Below are positions 49,018 through 62,049 of a stretch of 64,000 nucleotides of DNA, piece by piece. Origin of the DNA: Nemertoderma westbladi (Eukaryota > Animalia > Xenacoelomorpha); the NCBI GenBank assembly GCA_032718475.1, contig JAUCBJ010008830.1, positions 1 through 64,000 of the forward strand, read 5' to 3'. The position numbers and the translations under genes were made by a program. Within the stretch, counting starts at the first letter, position 1; the number at the start of each line of letters is the position of its first letter. The notes under the pieces were generated by a model. It made no database searches. It worked only from the letters and a program-made list of their open reading frames with translations, and was not told the DNA's origin.

Positions 49018-51342
49018 AGCAAGAGGTTTTTAACTAAACATGTTTTCAAAACTAGCCAATAAGGCCTTACTTAGGTCCCATTGTCAATAACTTATACGCC
49101 TATGTTGGCGCACCTCCTGTCCGGACTGGAACTTGTACGCTGTATGTGTTAAACACCGCAGTTAGAACATTGAATTACCATAAGACCAATAATGGTACCC
49201 AGTATACACGCACTACAGACTGGAAAGATTTAAATTTAAATCATGAATTAATCAACTCTAGAGTCGACCTCGAGTTGTACAGGGTTGTGCAGAGTTGTAT
49301 AGAGAAGGTCTCAAAACAGAGCCAGATTCATTGTTGTCGACTTGGGTAGACCGACTAAGTATACAAAGAGCTGATGAGCTGAGAAAAGGGAGAATGACAT
49401 ACTCCCCTTTCTTAGATGTTAATATCCCAGCTGCGGATGCATACCTTGAAACACACCAATTCTTAGAGAAAAACCTGGGTTATCCCATAGGTCCAAGTTA
49501 CTTCGATCATATGCGAGCAACTCTTGCTGTTTTATCCCTACCTACAGTCCAATACCGCATTCAAACAGCAGGGGGAATTGTTCAAAAGGAATTCTCCCAG
49601 GAACAGCTTTGGAATCGAATCACGACCTTATCTACATTTATAAAACAATTGGAGAGAGGACAAAACGATGCTAGATCAATTGCTTCTCCTTGTATAATGT
49701 TCCGATTCTTTCAATATTCCATAGAAGAGTTATCTAAAATAATATTAGAAAAGCACGAAGGTAGTGCTCTCAAGGCTGGGACAGTTGATAAAGTATCCAA
49801 AATATATGGGAAAGTGGCGGAGATCGAAGACAATCTTTGTATGGTAATTACCGGGGACAACTCCAAATGGAATGAATGCATTTCTATTCCTGCTTTAGTA
49901 CGAATATTAATGACAATCTTCAAGAACTGCGAGAAGAACAACTATAGAACCCTCACTACCATCTGTTTGATGTTGGAGAACCTCTTCGAATCAAAGAGCC
50001 TCAGATTAGGCAAAGGATTATCAGTGAAAGATAAAAACGGAGTTATAACAAATTGCGCTGTAACTGGGGAACTGATTAACCTATGTCCTGATGTACATAA
50101 TATTATCGATGGATATCAAAAATTCATTGATGAGGAAGAACAAACAATAAGAGTACCCCCTGGAATGGTAATGGGGATGTTAAACACCGGATCAACATTG
50201 GTTGGTATGGTATGCACCCTTCCAGGAGTAAAATTCAGAGTAGTGATGACTTTGTTTCGATTATCAAGGCCGAATTAATAGTTCAAAACTATGTAAGAGA
50301 GTGGGTAAAGATCAACCAGCCTGAAGATTGGCAAGAAATTCTAGAAAATCATAGAAAACTAAAATTCTTTTCTATATGTCTGGCTGCTACAGCAAATAGT
50401 TTATTCGAATGGGCCCTAGGCACAAACGACTCTATTCCCAAAACATATGGAATAGAAAAGGGCGACTACTGGGAATATAACTCAGTACATAATCTTGGGA
50501 AATATTTGGGGAATTTCTCAACTGAGCTACCTACGTTCCTGCCATTAGGGAAAAATCCCTCTATTGATTTAGAATGCCTAGCCAAATCGCTGAGAGAGAG
50601 CTGCCAAAAAGGATCATTGGACCCGTGCCTGGTACCCATTGCATTAGGAATTATAGAGCGCAACTATAAGTTAGACTACTTTGCCGCTCCCAATTCAAGA
50701 GGCGTCGCTCATATGCGTGGCCCAGTCCTAAGTAAACTATTCGAAGAGAGTCAAAATATGGAAGTCAAGTCCACTCATCCTTGTCATGGTGGGCCACTGT
50801 TGTGGTCCACAAGCACACTCACATGTAACCACTGGGCCCTTGGTTGGCACTTAGGAGTATATTCCGATCAGTACATACAAAGAGTGATGAACCCTATCAA
50901 CCCCACAAATTTCACTTCCGACAACAAAGATTTGGTGTTGTTCTCTAGCAGTAAGCGAAGCGAAGTGGAAGCAGAGTTTTCACCGGGATGTATGTCTATC
51001 GCATTTAGGGATAATCGGAAATGTTTTAATACAACTCAGGGAAACCTTCGGATAAGTAGAGCTAGGAAATACAGACGGTTCAATACTGGACTTGGAAAGT
51101 GCGCGAGAGACATCTCAATGTTTAACATGCAGAGCAGTGCATCAGTAGCAAAAACGCTGTACAGTAGATACAGTACAGTAAGCGAACTATCAGATTTGAC
51201 CCCCGAAGAAGGGGACGAATTTCGATCCGCACTAAAAGAACTGAAACACATCTGTGATACCTTATCGTAAATGTGCATAGTCCACCATTTTGGTGGTGAT
51301 TGTTAGTGTTTGAAGAAAAAAAAAAAAAATAGAGGTTTTACT
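49018..51342 (+). pseudogene. PB1: Endogenous orthomyxovirus-like (Articulavirales) PB1 RNA-dependent RNA polymerase segment; CDS ~49040-51270 with 3 frameshifts
   Basis: YAYVGAPPVRTGT..NTAVRT (influenza YTGDPPYSHGTGT..DTVNRT); DELRKGRMTY (DKLTQGRQTY); KQLERGQNDARSIASP (KDAERGKLKRRAIATP, motif F); TGDNSKWNE (motif A); GMVMGMLN (B); QSSDDF (C); EYNS (E); GGP; RVMNPINP; DNRKCFNT. Confidence 0.95.
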
Positions 51343-51557
51343 AGCAGGTCTTTAAGAATCGGAGTCAATAATCAACGCGGTGGTCCGTCATTTGACATTC
51401 CATTCTTTATTCCATCACCTTTATCGGCCGTCATAAAATTATATCGAATTAAAATACCAAAAGTATGCCATACCAAATATCCTATATATATTCGACTACC
51501 GATGATCGACTTAATTTTCTGGGCAATGTTTCAAGGTTCCTCACTGAAATATTGACT

Positions 51558-51800
51558 ATTAAGTTATCACTCCTGACTGTCCGACATATATTCAATCAGA
51601 TATATTTTAGATAACACAATTACACCGGTAGGCATGATATACCGGTTACAGAGTACTACAGTACTGCAGTACCACGGTACAGCAGTAGACTTTTCTGCTC
51701 TTTCGGTCCGGACAGATTACCAGTAGAAACCGTCATTACTTACTTTCTTACTTCAAGGCCTCTTAGGTCCAAGGGTGATCCTAACAATCTCCCCCTTTCT
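51558..51800 (-). mobile_element. 3' LTR and polypurine tract of the copia element (distal LTR boundary uncertain: ~51558 or 51301)
   Basis: Minus strand reads AGAAAGGGGGAGAT (PPT) followed by TGTTAG at 51786. Confidence 0.6.
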
Positions 51801-51943
51801 GTATTAATTAAGAAGACAATGAGTTAGTAATATATACTTGAGTTATAAATCAAGTAAGGATTATATAGTTTTAAACTGAAAGTTAATTTAAGTTTCCAGT
51901 TGTATATTAATACTGTGAGTCAGGTCAGTTTAGTTTAAATAGT

Positions 51944-54900
51944 TTATTCTGTATTTCCACAATCAATCATCTTCAATAGTTTCGTCCGATCTGCCTCACG
52001 TTTGGTAAGACAGTCCGCAAGTTGCTCAGCTGTACAGACCCACTGCACTTCAACTTCTCTACGATCAACCATTTGTCTCATAATTGCCATATCGATGCGA
52101 AGTCGCTTGTCCTCAATTGTGTTACTTGTATGAACAGCTTGGGCTAAGGATCGATTATCAGTGAAACATACAATGGGTAACTTAATATCTTTCAGGAACT
52201 GAAGCACCTTCTTCAAAAATATTGCTGCTTCTACGCCCTCTATCAATGCTAAAGTTTCAGCAGCTAAAGTTGACTTCACAACCCTCTTGAGCTTCTTTGA
52301 CTGCCATGACAGGGTAGCATGCTTCTTATTGACATCTGTAAGAAATATAATATAGCCACCCTGTGACCCACCATCTCTAAGATTTCCAAATGAAGCATCT
52401 GCATAGACCTCCAACTGGCAGGTATCAACATCAAGACCATTCAAATTACAACGCAATCCACAGTGTTGTAACTTTAACTTTCTAATTATTTTATTAACAT
52501 TTCGCAAGTCTTCTACAGTTGGATGCTTAGTATGAGTACTAAGTTCACAGGAATCATAAGCAATGTCTGGTCTAGTTTGATTGGCTACCCAATTGATAGC
52601 ACCAATCAAGGATCTAAACTTTGTAATCTCTCCCTTTTTTAGTGGTCTTTCATTTGCTCCTTGTGGAATATAAATCTCATCTAGCTCCTTAATGTATTTC
52701 TCTTGCTGCAGATATATGCCATATGAAGACTGTTCAAGGAATAATCCCAAGTAACGAAAACTTCCTTTACAAATAGGACCAACTGCAAATGTCTCAATAA
52801 ATGACTTAATTATTTCTTCTTCAAATTGAGCTGTACCTGCAAACAAAACATCATCAACATGAATGCAGATAACACCACCAATTGAACTGTTTGGCTGTAT
52901 CCATTTGAAAAGACCAGGATCCAGCTCACATGTTTACTCCCAATTCTTCCAGTCGACTCTTTACTCTAATATACCATGATCTAGGTGCATCATTAAGACC
53001 ATAGACTGTTTTTAACAATCTCCACAACTGTCCATCACTATCTGCTTCTGGTGGTGGGTTGACAAAAACTTCACGGCTAATATTCTCTCCCTGTAGGAAT
53101 GCTGACTTAACATCTATGGATTTAATACTCCAACTCATCATAGAAGCCAGAGATAATGCTAGACGAATGCTGTCTTTTGAGCAAGTTGGTGAGTCAGTTC
53201 TTTCTTCAACTATCTCTTCAAATCCGCGAGCTACTAATCGCGCCTTTATGTTTCCATTTTCCTTCTCAGTCAAAACCCATTTGAGAGATATAAAATCTTG
53301 GCTGTGATTATCGACTTCAACATATACATTATTTATACGCCACATGTTTAATTCATGTCTCTTGGCTTCTGCAACTTTCTCCACTTTATCTAAATATGTA
53401 AATATCTAAATATATATGTTGGAATTGTTAAGTTAATTTCCTCCTCCTTATCTAAGACCCGATAATCATAGACATTATTTAAATCCATCCATTTAGATGG
53501 CCCATCGGAATATTCAAGATTAAAACAATGTTTATATTTTCCGGTCGCCTTACCAGCACGACTTATTACTGTGGCTGTTACTAATTCTTCATTTTCCTTT
53601 TCTCTAAACTGCACTCGATCGCCTGCTAGAGGATTAACAAAGAGTTTAACATTTGCCACCTCATTGGTCGTCTCATTGGTTTGTATAATAGGTTTATTTC
53701 TCACATCAGCAACTTCGGAAGTATATTCTTTTCTTATATCAGCAACTTCTGAAGTATGTTCTTTACCCCCATTGGACATTATTTCAACTGAGTTTGGTTC
53801 ATCCTCACCTATCAGATTATCAACTAAAGGACCAGTCTTGGAATTATCAACAGAACAGTGTAAAGAACCATTGTTGTTATCCGCAATTCTAGCTGAACGT
53901 ATTCGTGATGGGTGAACACGAACATATGTGCTACCATGTTTTACCAATATTTGTTGACCATCCTGTCCAATGACAGAACCAGGGCCACGCCACTCTGGAA
54001 ATTCTATTCGTTAATAATACACCAATTCACCACTGGTAACCTTATCCCCACTATCTCTTACATTGTGTTTTAGAGCACGGCGTAACCGTTCTGATGATTC
54101 ATTTTTAATGAATTCCTGACGAGCAGCATGCATGGCATTAAGATTGTCTGCAACTACAGTGCTTGTGATGTTACCTTCCAAGGCGGGTAGTTTATTATTC
54201 TCTACTGTGGGACGCATTGGATTTTTTCCAAAAACTAATTGATTGGGTGAAAACCCATGAACATTAGTTAATGCATTGCGAGCAGCAACTGCCCATGCCA
54301 CTGCCACATCAATTTCACATTTTTCTTGAGCCATTATCTTTTGAACATCTAAGCCAAGAACTGCGTTCTGCCGTTCACACAGACCATTGGACCACGGTGA
54401 TTCAGCAGCAGTAGGTAGAACTCTTATGTTAAAATTTTCAGCAAGATTAATAAATTGTGCATTGTTAAATTCACCTCCATTATCTACAAGAAATTTCCGA
54501 GGATGGCCAAATGTAATTATCCACGATTTAAAAATTCCTTGAATTACTTTGTGAGACTGTTTACTCCAAAGCACACAGGCAGAACGATAACGAGTAAATG
54601 TGTCTACCAAATGTAGAATAATATTGTTATTAATAAACTTCAGATCTAATGCAATAGTGCCATTGAACTCATTACTTATTGGTAGACCAACAACAGGCCT
54701 AGGCGGTGGCTTGTTAAATCTGCGACATATGTCACAACTTTTTTGAATTTCTTCTAACTGATTTGCTAGCCCTTCTGGAACACTTCCAGTCCCCTTAATT
54801 AAACGAACTAATTTATCTGCTGGTGCATGTGCAAACTGGCGGTGCAACTTTATAGCTACTTTCTTCATTTCATCAGTTGACTTTATTTCACACGAAATTG

Positions 54901-56075
54901 AACTTCCTTTACTAATGCAATAGATATGCAAAAATGCCCTGCAATATTATCAACAGTTGGAATCTTTTGTCCAAACATTATTACTTCATTCTTTCTAAAA
55001 TCAAGAGCTGCATTTGCCTTAGCTAATGAATGTTTAGAGTAATGGAGGAATATTGCATGATACCACTGATGCTTGGACATGAACCCGCTTATTGCCAATT
55101 AGACAAGGAATCTTCACACATTTGTCAGATATCACGTTTTTCCCATCACCAAACCTAAATAAAGTGCGACTTGGAGTTTCAACAACCTCAGATTTTTCAA
55201 TATCGCTGAGACTGTCTAGATATGCCATATACCACAACTGCCCACACACTGATTTGGTACAGCCAGAGTCCAGAATTGCTAACCCAATAGTGTCTTCTAA
55301 ATACACATTGGTCTGAGCTGTTAAAACATACACATCATCACACTCACCAAAATCATCCCCTTCATTAAACATAAACATACCTGAAATGTCTCTGTAACTT
55401 GTAAGAAGAACATCAACTTCCTCACTGACTGTCTCCCCTTGACCATCACAGAAGTGGGCGGTTTCATTGTCGTCAACTCCAATCCTCCTCTGAAAGCAAT
55501 TAGCTGCATAGTGATAAATACTCCCACACCTTAAACATTTAGTTATATTACCATATCGATCCAGGGGATTTCTTACTGCACCAGAACCCCGACTTTGTCC
55601 TCGGTCAAACTGATATGAAGAACCCCAATCTCTGCCAAGCTGATCTGAAAACTGACCTCGACCAAACTGATCACTATGTCCACTATACTGACCACGGGAA
55701 TACTGATTCGGCCTTCGATAATTAAACCTACCAACTCCTCCTCCACGCTGGTAACCTTTAAATCCTCTATCAGTAAAATATACCTCATCTTCACCTATTT
55801 CATCCGAACACACTAAAGCTTCCTGCTTTATATCCAACTCACCTAATCCTGATGAAACCTCACTTCTCTTCCCTGAAATTTTCTTCAATGTGTCTCGCAT
55901 ACCTTTGAAACTTAAAACAGGGACAGTTGTCCTTGCGAGTTGTTCTTCTGTGTGTGACAGTCCAGCGCTCTTTAAAAGTCTGAATGCAATCACCCCATCT
56001 GGCAGCTCCATACCATGTTTCCTTACTTTTGAATATAAATTATCAAATTCCACCAGATATTCCTCCATGGTTATC
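51944..56075 (-). mobile_element. Ty1/copia LTR retrotransposon gag-pol (GalEa-like), 5'-truncated, several frameshifts
   Basis: Order: gag Zn knuckle CLRCGSIYHYAANC, protease ILDSGCT, integrase LHRQFAH..CDIC / VDNGGEF / SPWSNGLCER, RT KARLVARGF / IDVKSAFL / YGLNDAPRSW / IHVDD, RNase H YADAS. INT before RT defines copia; the GalEa assignment is from recalled motif style. Confidence 0.93.
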
Positions 56076-56762
56076 CCAACTGCGGGATCCATCGGGGACA
56101 TCATCGCGATCCGGGAGCCGTTCTTTAACGGCCAGTAGATGCTGGCCAACAAAGGGAACCCCATTATATCGACGACTCAACGAATATCAGTCATCAATAA
56201 GAAAATGGTTTGGTAGCAGATACCGATAGACACCTCCCTGGACGATGACAGTATCTGTGGGTTCTCTTATCCATCTGTCTGAGTGAATTTTTTCACGCCG
56301 ATGGTTTCACCAAACGATTGTGGGGGGCGGCCTCTGGAACAAGAGGTACACATCTAACGAAGAAGCGCAGTCACGGCTGGGCCCTGGAGATGTGGATGGT
56401 CCCAGACATACCTGAGTTCCCAGAACCGACGGCATGGCTGGTCAGCCATCAGCTGACGAATTTGTTCGTCGCGAAGGACGCAATAACTCTGCCTTGTGCT
56501 GGTCGCGTAGTCGCGAGCAATGATAGGTTGCTGGCAGAGGCCATGGATAGAGGTTTGCCCCATCGCAGTCGGTGGGTTTAACATCACCAGCTGGTACAAG
56601 GCCGGAGTCTCCATCCAAAAGGATGGAGAAAACATAATAACTGAAGTCACTGGAGTTCATATATTGTCCATCACGCTGGCCAACGGCGTTAACGACACTA
56701 TTCGTGCAGCGATGCTGCAAACTTCTGGAGGTGGTACTGACACTCCACTATTTATGGAGTAA
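56076..56762 (+). pseudogene. Unidentified GC-rich decayed coding remnant fused to the truncated copia gag
   Basis: Sharp GC shift, overlapping open frames ending ..GGGTDTPLFME*, followed by AT-rich 3' sequence. Confidence 0.35.
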
Positions 56763-57026
56763 CTGGTTGACCAACTCCCAATTAATTTAATTATATTGTA
56801 ATCACAATCAATAATCATCAATCTGTAATATCAAATTAAATAGGTTCATTAATAAATTACCAATTACATATTAAGTTGATACGTTTCATATTAATTAACT
56901 CAGTAAAGCAGTAAAGTAAGGTTCCACGACAAAATATAATTCAAACTGATATAAAATAATTTTAATAGTGCTTCATTACCTACATATACATATTTACATT
57001 TCAATTTACCCTGTTCGGGTATACAT

Positions 57027-58353
57027 TAGGGCGGTGCGTTTTTTACGATTTCATTGTTCTGCAGGTGCACAAAAGTTGCCAAATTGTAAAAAAATAAGGC
57101 AGAAAATTTATATAAATTTCATCTATATCTTCACGGATCCCAAGAGGGTTGAAATTTTGAGCCATCGCGATGCACCATAATTAAATTTATAACAATATAA
57201 CACATTATCAAAGATCAATGACTTAAGAAAGAACTTCCTTCATGCATCAAATGTCATCAAATGGGTCCAAACTTAGTTAGATACGGATTGGATTTGGACA
57301 ATTTGGACATGGATTTTGGGACCAAGGGAAGTAGTGCCATAGGTACATGGCAAGAACCTACCCTTTGGCCCAAGTACCTCTTATTCTCAATTTTCGCGAT
57401 AGACAACTTTTAGTTCTCCTACTACATTAATATTATGCTCATTAGAACCGCAATGACCGATTTAGTGGGGATAGACACCATTAAAACAAGCGCAGAGCGA
57501 ATAGTTCTTGAGATATTGGAGAAAATGTTAAGTCCGGCACGTCAAGTCAACATGAGTGCCATGATTTATAGACAAATACACAAAAATTTTACTTCTAATT
57601 ATCTTAAATCATCAAATATATACACATCACTGCAACGAATTGATTTAGTGTATACAGACACCTTCAAAATGAAAGAGTAGTGATTAGTTGACTATAGTTT
57701 TTGTACAAAATGTGTGTAATGGGTCAACTCAATATCAAGTATCAATTTGTAGACATAGTCTTGACATTTTGTAAAATAATTCAAGAACTAATGACTCTAC
57801 TCTTATTTTGAAGGTGTCTACACCCACTACATCGATCATTTTCTGTGATGTGTCTATTCTTGATCCCTTGAGATATTCTTGATTCCTTGAGATGAGATAA
57901 TTCAAAGTATCATTTTTAATGTATTTGTCCATATCGCATCAAGGCGGTAATGTAGACTTGTGCTGGACTTCACATTTTCTGCGATAACTCAAGAACTATT
58001 CGCTCTACGATTGTTTTGAAGGTGTCTACCCCCACTAAATTATTTCGGTTCTAATGAGCATAATATTAATGCTTAATGCAGTAGGAGAACTAAAAGTTGG
58101 CCATCGCGAAAATTGAGAATAATCATCATTTGCGCCATAGGGTAGGTTCTGGCCATGTGCCTGTCTACCTGTGGCACTAGTTCCCTTGATCCAAAAATTA
58201 AAATGTTGGTTTCTAACTAAGTTTGGACCCATTTGATGACATTTGATGCATGCAGGAAGTTCTTTCTTGGGTCATTGATCTTGGCAACTTTTGTGCACCA
58301 GTAGAACAATGAAATCGAAAAAAAAATTAAAAAAAATTAAACGCATCACCATA
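57027..58353. mobile_element. Fold-back / long-TIR non-autonomous DNA transposon (hAT-like TAGGG end)
   Basis: Arms of several hundred bp are reverse complements, e.g. ATGCATCAAATGTCATCAAATGGGTCCAAACTTAGTTAGA (~57242) vs ~58212-58251, and GGTGCACAAAAGTTGCCAA vs ~58281. No clear TSD. Confidence 0.85.
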
Positions 58354-59188
58354 GTTAGCAGTTAGATTGCATTATTATTATTATTACCTAGGTACAGACT
58401 CTATTGTTAAATTTAGTTGGAAATTAATTTATAAATTAAAAAATTACAATATATATTTAAATTTATTACTTGATGCCACAGCGCTCTGCAGTGTAGACGA
58501 ATTGCCTCAACCATCACTAATGACATCCCGTCCTTCCCACACTTATATAGTTTTCAGCAATTCACGAATATAGGTCTATGAAATTCCCCTTCAACTCCAC
58601 CACCCCAGACTGAGACTCCAGACTGAGACTCCTCTCTTCAGGAAAATAGTTTTACACTATATTATATTTACTATATATATAATATTTACCTACACACACC
58701 TTCTTCATTCTCCATATTGAGTTACATCCCATTAGGCCTACTAAAGAAATTAAAAGCAATAAAAAATATAATAGTCACTGTTGGTTTAAGTATATAAGAA
58801 TAAAGAAGGAAAAATAAATACTGAGCAAAATTCTATGGACAGTGACAGTACCATATATCATAAATATAGTGATATGAAGACAGGCCATCCACGAGAAACC
58901 GCAATTCTGTGCCAATATGAAGACTATCAACCATATATGGTAACCAACTATTTGATATTATTACTATATTACATGTACCGTAGGCCAATTTATCATATTT
59001 ATCGATTTAACATTTTTGATATTAACAGATGAATAATAATATACTTCTTACCGCTGTACTGGTAGGGCCTCGGCCTACTCAAACAGACTCATACTCAAAT
59101 TATGAATTATCGATACTGCTATTGGACCTAAATAACTTTTATCTGTTTATGTTTGAAGTAGTTCCTCGCCCTGAGCACCGTCGTATGC

Positions 59189-59420
59189 ATAATAAAGGAA
59201 GGATGAAATGATCTTTAGGTGCCGCTGTAATTAGTTCTGCTGTTGCTCGGTCCGGTCTTGTTGTAGAGTTTCTGTAGTTAGGTACATTAGGTACCAGAGC
59301 CACTGAAGAAGGCATGTTTAATTGTAATTGTCCACATCTACAATTTTGGGTTGAAATATTTTGGCATTTATAATATAATTACAGCGGCACCTAAAGATCA
59401 TTTCATCCTTCCTTTATTAT
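59189..59420. repeat. Perfect 45-bp inverted repeat with ~142-bp spacer
   Basis: 59189-59233 is the exact reverse complement of 59376-59420. Confidence 0.9.
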
Positions 59421-60563
59421 TTATCTGTTTATGTTATCACTGGTGAATGACTACTGTACCACTTCAGCGCTTCATTCGTTGTTTAAGTACCAGCATGGTA
59501 GTAAACGAGGCAAAGGAAAATAATAAATTTATAATCGATACTGGTAAGATCGGCACAGTATTTAATTAACTAAAACAGAGTATAATAAAACCGTCTGAAA
59601 ATGTCGTAAACTAAGTTCTGTAAAGTAATGGTTAATAAGTGCATGCACTTCAGTCAATGGATGAAGACCAATCCACCAATTCAATATACCGGAATATAAT
59701 AACAGCCCACAAGGAATCAGCTAAGAGGCATATCCCCTGGGTTGGTGTAGTGGCGTAAATATCATGTAATGATGAGTTCCCCACTAGACCGCCCAAATCA
59801 GGTAACCCGCCCGTCCGGTGGAAAGGAAACTGATAACTAAACGCTCCAGTGTGGTGTCTGTGCAGGCCGATCCCTACACAGCACCATAGTAATACAGAAT
59901 ATAAACAGAATGTAAACAGATAACAAACAATAAATCAGATATGCATAAGTAAATAAGGCAATAATATAAGTGAATACGTAAAATGAATAAGGAATCTGTA
60001 CTACTAAAGAACTATATGCCATAAAACAACAATATCACCTTCACTCTGTCACCAAACCAACTGAACCAATATTGCTAGTCTGTGTATAATGTACCCCGGT
60101 AGCGCGGATGAATATTCCCTAGTAATGAGTCAGAATGGGGGTTTAAGACCCCAGCCTGGCACCCATATGTAGCAAAAACCCTAATTAAGTACATAATCCT
60201 ACTACCTAAAACTAAAACCTACTGAAACCCCCCCAATATAACAATAAACTAGTATATAATGTAGTACGTATTGACCGCCTAATTGCACATTCATGTCCCT
60301 GCCTCCAGCCGGCAAGGCCAATATCCCATCTCCCTGCTACCTATGTCTTGCCACAGGTGCGGCCAGGCAGCCAGCCTATCCCAGATCACGTGCTCTTTGT
60401 ATACCTCGTTTGTAATCCACCTAGCCCCATGTGTGTATTGATACCTTGAGAGTTGACTTGGTGGAAGGCGTACGTAGTAACCTAATACTAATATTCCTGG
60501 AAATCACTGCAGCCCAGTCCCCCCCCCCCCCCCCCGTGTGCCCTGTAACTAGTTTACCTACAC

Positions 60564-61466
60564 CTACAGTACAAACGCTACAGTAATTACCCCTACAGTA
60601 CAAACATTAGGCTTGGGTGGGAAACCCGTGGTACTAGTATAATATCTGTGTGGGTTTGGGAAGGGTAAGGTTCCGGTTGTCGGACACAGACCAGCCCAGT
60701 CTCTCGGGCAAAGGAACCCAGCCCAGTTCGGCGGTGCATACAATGCGTCGGTGTTTGGCGATGCCATTGCCTTAAACTGAAGTGCGGTATCCGCTATCGG
60801 TTCGATGTCCGCCGGCGCCCCTATAGGCGTCAGGTCGGTTTGAATCGCCGACCCTACCTTGTAGTTCTTCTTGTCCAATAGTATGTCTGTCATCACCTTT
60901 GGAATCTTATTCCAGATCCTCTCACCGTCCTTTAAGGGGTACGCGACGGCGATAACTAAACCTCCGGGCGATACGAGGTGTAGTACGGTGTCTAAAGTCT
61001 CCAGTGCCGGAGCCACGTAAGGCTTCGAAACTATTCCTTGTGCCGCCCTGGCTTCCTCCTGATTGATCCTCCGCCTCCGCTTTCGATGCTTCGGCCCAAT
61101 CAGCGTCAGGTTCCCATCCGCATCCCGGTCAGGGATGGCGGTGGGGGGCGCCTGGGCTTGTCCCTCTGTGTCAACTCCCAGGTATCCCAGTTCTCTGACG
61201 TCCTCCACGAAGCGCTTCCAGTATCCCCTTGGCTCATCTCCGGGTTCTACAGGAACTCTTAGTGATCGCTCGTTGCCCACCTTGATGTAGTGTAGGTTGT
61301 CACGACACGCCTTCAGGAGTGGCCTCGTCCCGTATGTTGTCGTCCTCAGTCTGTCGAACCTGTGCATAAGCGACGTCTGCAGCTTATATCCCTGTTGGTC
61401 CGTGGATAGGCGCCGGAAAGATCTCGTTCCGGCCCAGAAGGTGTACGTGCCGCTGTCGTCCGACAT
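60564..61466 (-). CDS. Extra ORF downstream of BEL/Pao pol with DEDDy (RNase D/WRN-like) 3'-5' exonuclease motifs; 3' end degraded
   Basis: YLGVDTEG (Exo I), TVLHLVSPGG, IPKVMTDILLDKKNYKVGSAIQTDL (Exo II region, cf. LP..L..LLED..I.KVG..I..D), IADT. Exo III not found. Confidence 0.7.
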   Translation of the reverse strand: MSDDSGTYTFWAGTRSFRRLSTDQQGYKLQTSLMHRFDRLRTTTYGTRPLLKACRDNLHYIKVGNERSLRVPVEPGDEPRGYWKRFVEDVRELGYLGVDTEGQAQAPPTAIPDRDADGNLTLIGPKHRKRRRRINQEEARAAQGIVSKPYVAPALETLDTVLHLVSPGGLVIAVAYPLKDGERIWNKIPKVMTDILLDKKNYKVGSAIQTDLTPIGAPADIEPIADTALQFKAMASPNTDALYAPPNWAGFLCPRDWAGLCPTTGTLPFPNPHRYYTSTTGFPPKPNVCTVGVITVAFVL

Positions 61467-62049
61467 GACGCTACCCGCGCGCTAAATGCCTGAAGAGGCA
61501 ACGGGGTTTAGAGTTTGCTGGGTTGCTCGATTTTGAGGTTGCCAGCCGTATACTCTCGGTAGCCTTGGTAACGGCAGTATCTTCCACGTATACTAGTATC
61601 GTATAATTAATGGATATATTGTCTTATATAAGAACAAGGTCTCAATTGTAGATTAATTGTTATTACAGTTAGCTAGTAAAAGGTTGAGAGTTGAACCTTT
61701 GTAATAAGTGTATTGTACCACGAATTCCCCCTATACTACAAACTGTCTAAGTTACATTTAGTATTTTAGGATATTACGTAATTATGGATGGTACTGTGTG
61801 CTATTTATTATTATTATTATTGAAATTACAAATTCGTGTGATTGCACGGTAATCAATAAATCATTTACATATAAATCTTACAATTGTAGTAAGTAAGCCA
61901 ACAAGGCCAATTTGATATAAAATAATATTATAAACACACGAAAGGCTAATAAGGTATTATCAGTTTATTACTTCACTGGTATTACTGCGAATCGTCTGAC
62001 GCCACGTATTTATAGTCGGGCCGTCGCGACTAAAGTCACGTTATTAAGG

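Noticed and set aside
51310-51555. Poly-Lys ORF after PB1
   Set aside because: Arises from the A-tract and a TTG start; no coding signal.
56076-56164. N-terminus of the 376-aa gag ORF in the ORF track
   Set aside because: Read-through into unrelated flanking sequence; the gag-like region begins at about ITMEEYLVEF.
60564-61466. env gene of the BEL/Pao element
   Set aside because: No signal peptide, TM helix or Cys pattern; exonuclease motifs fit better.
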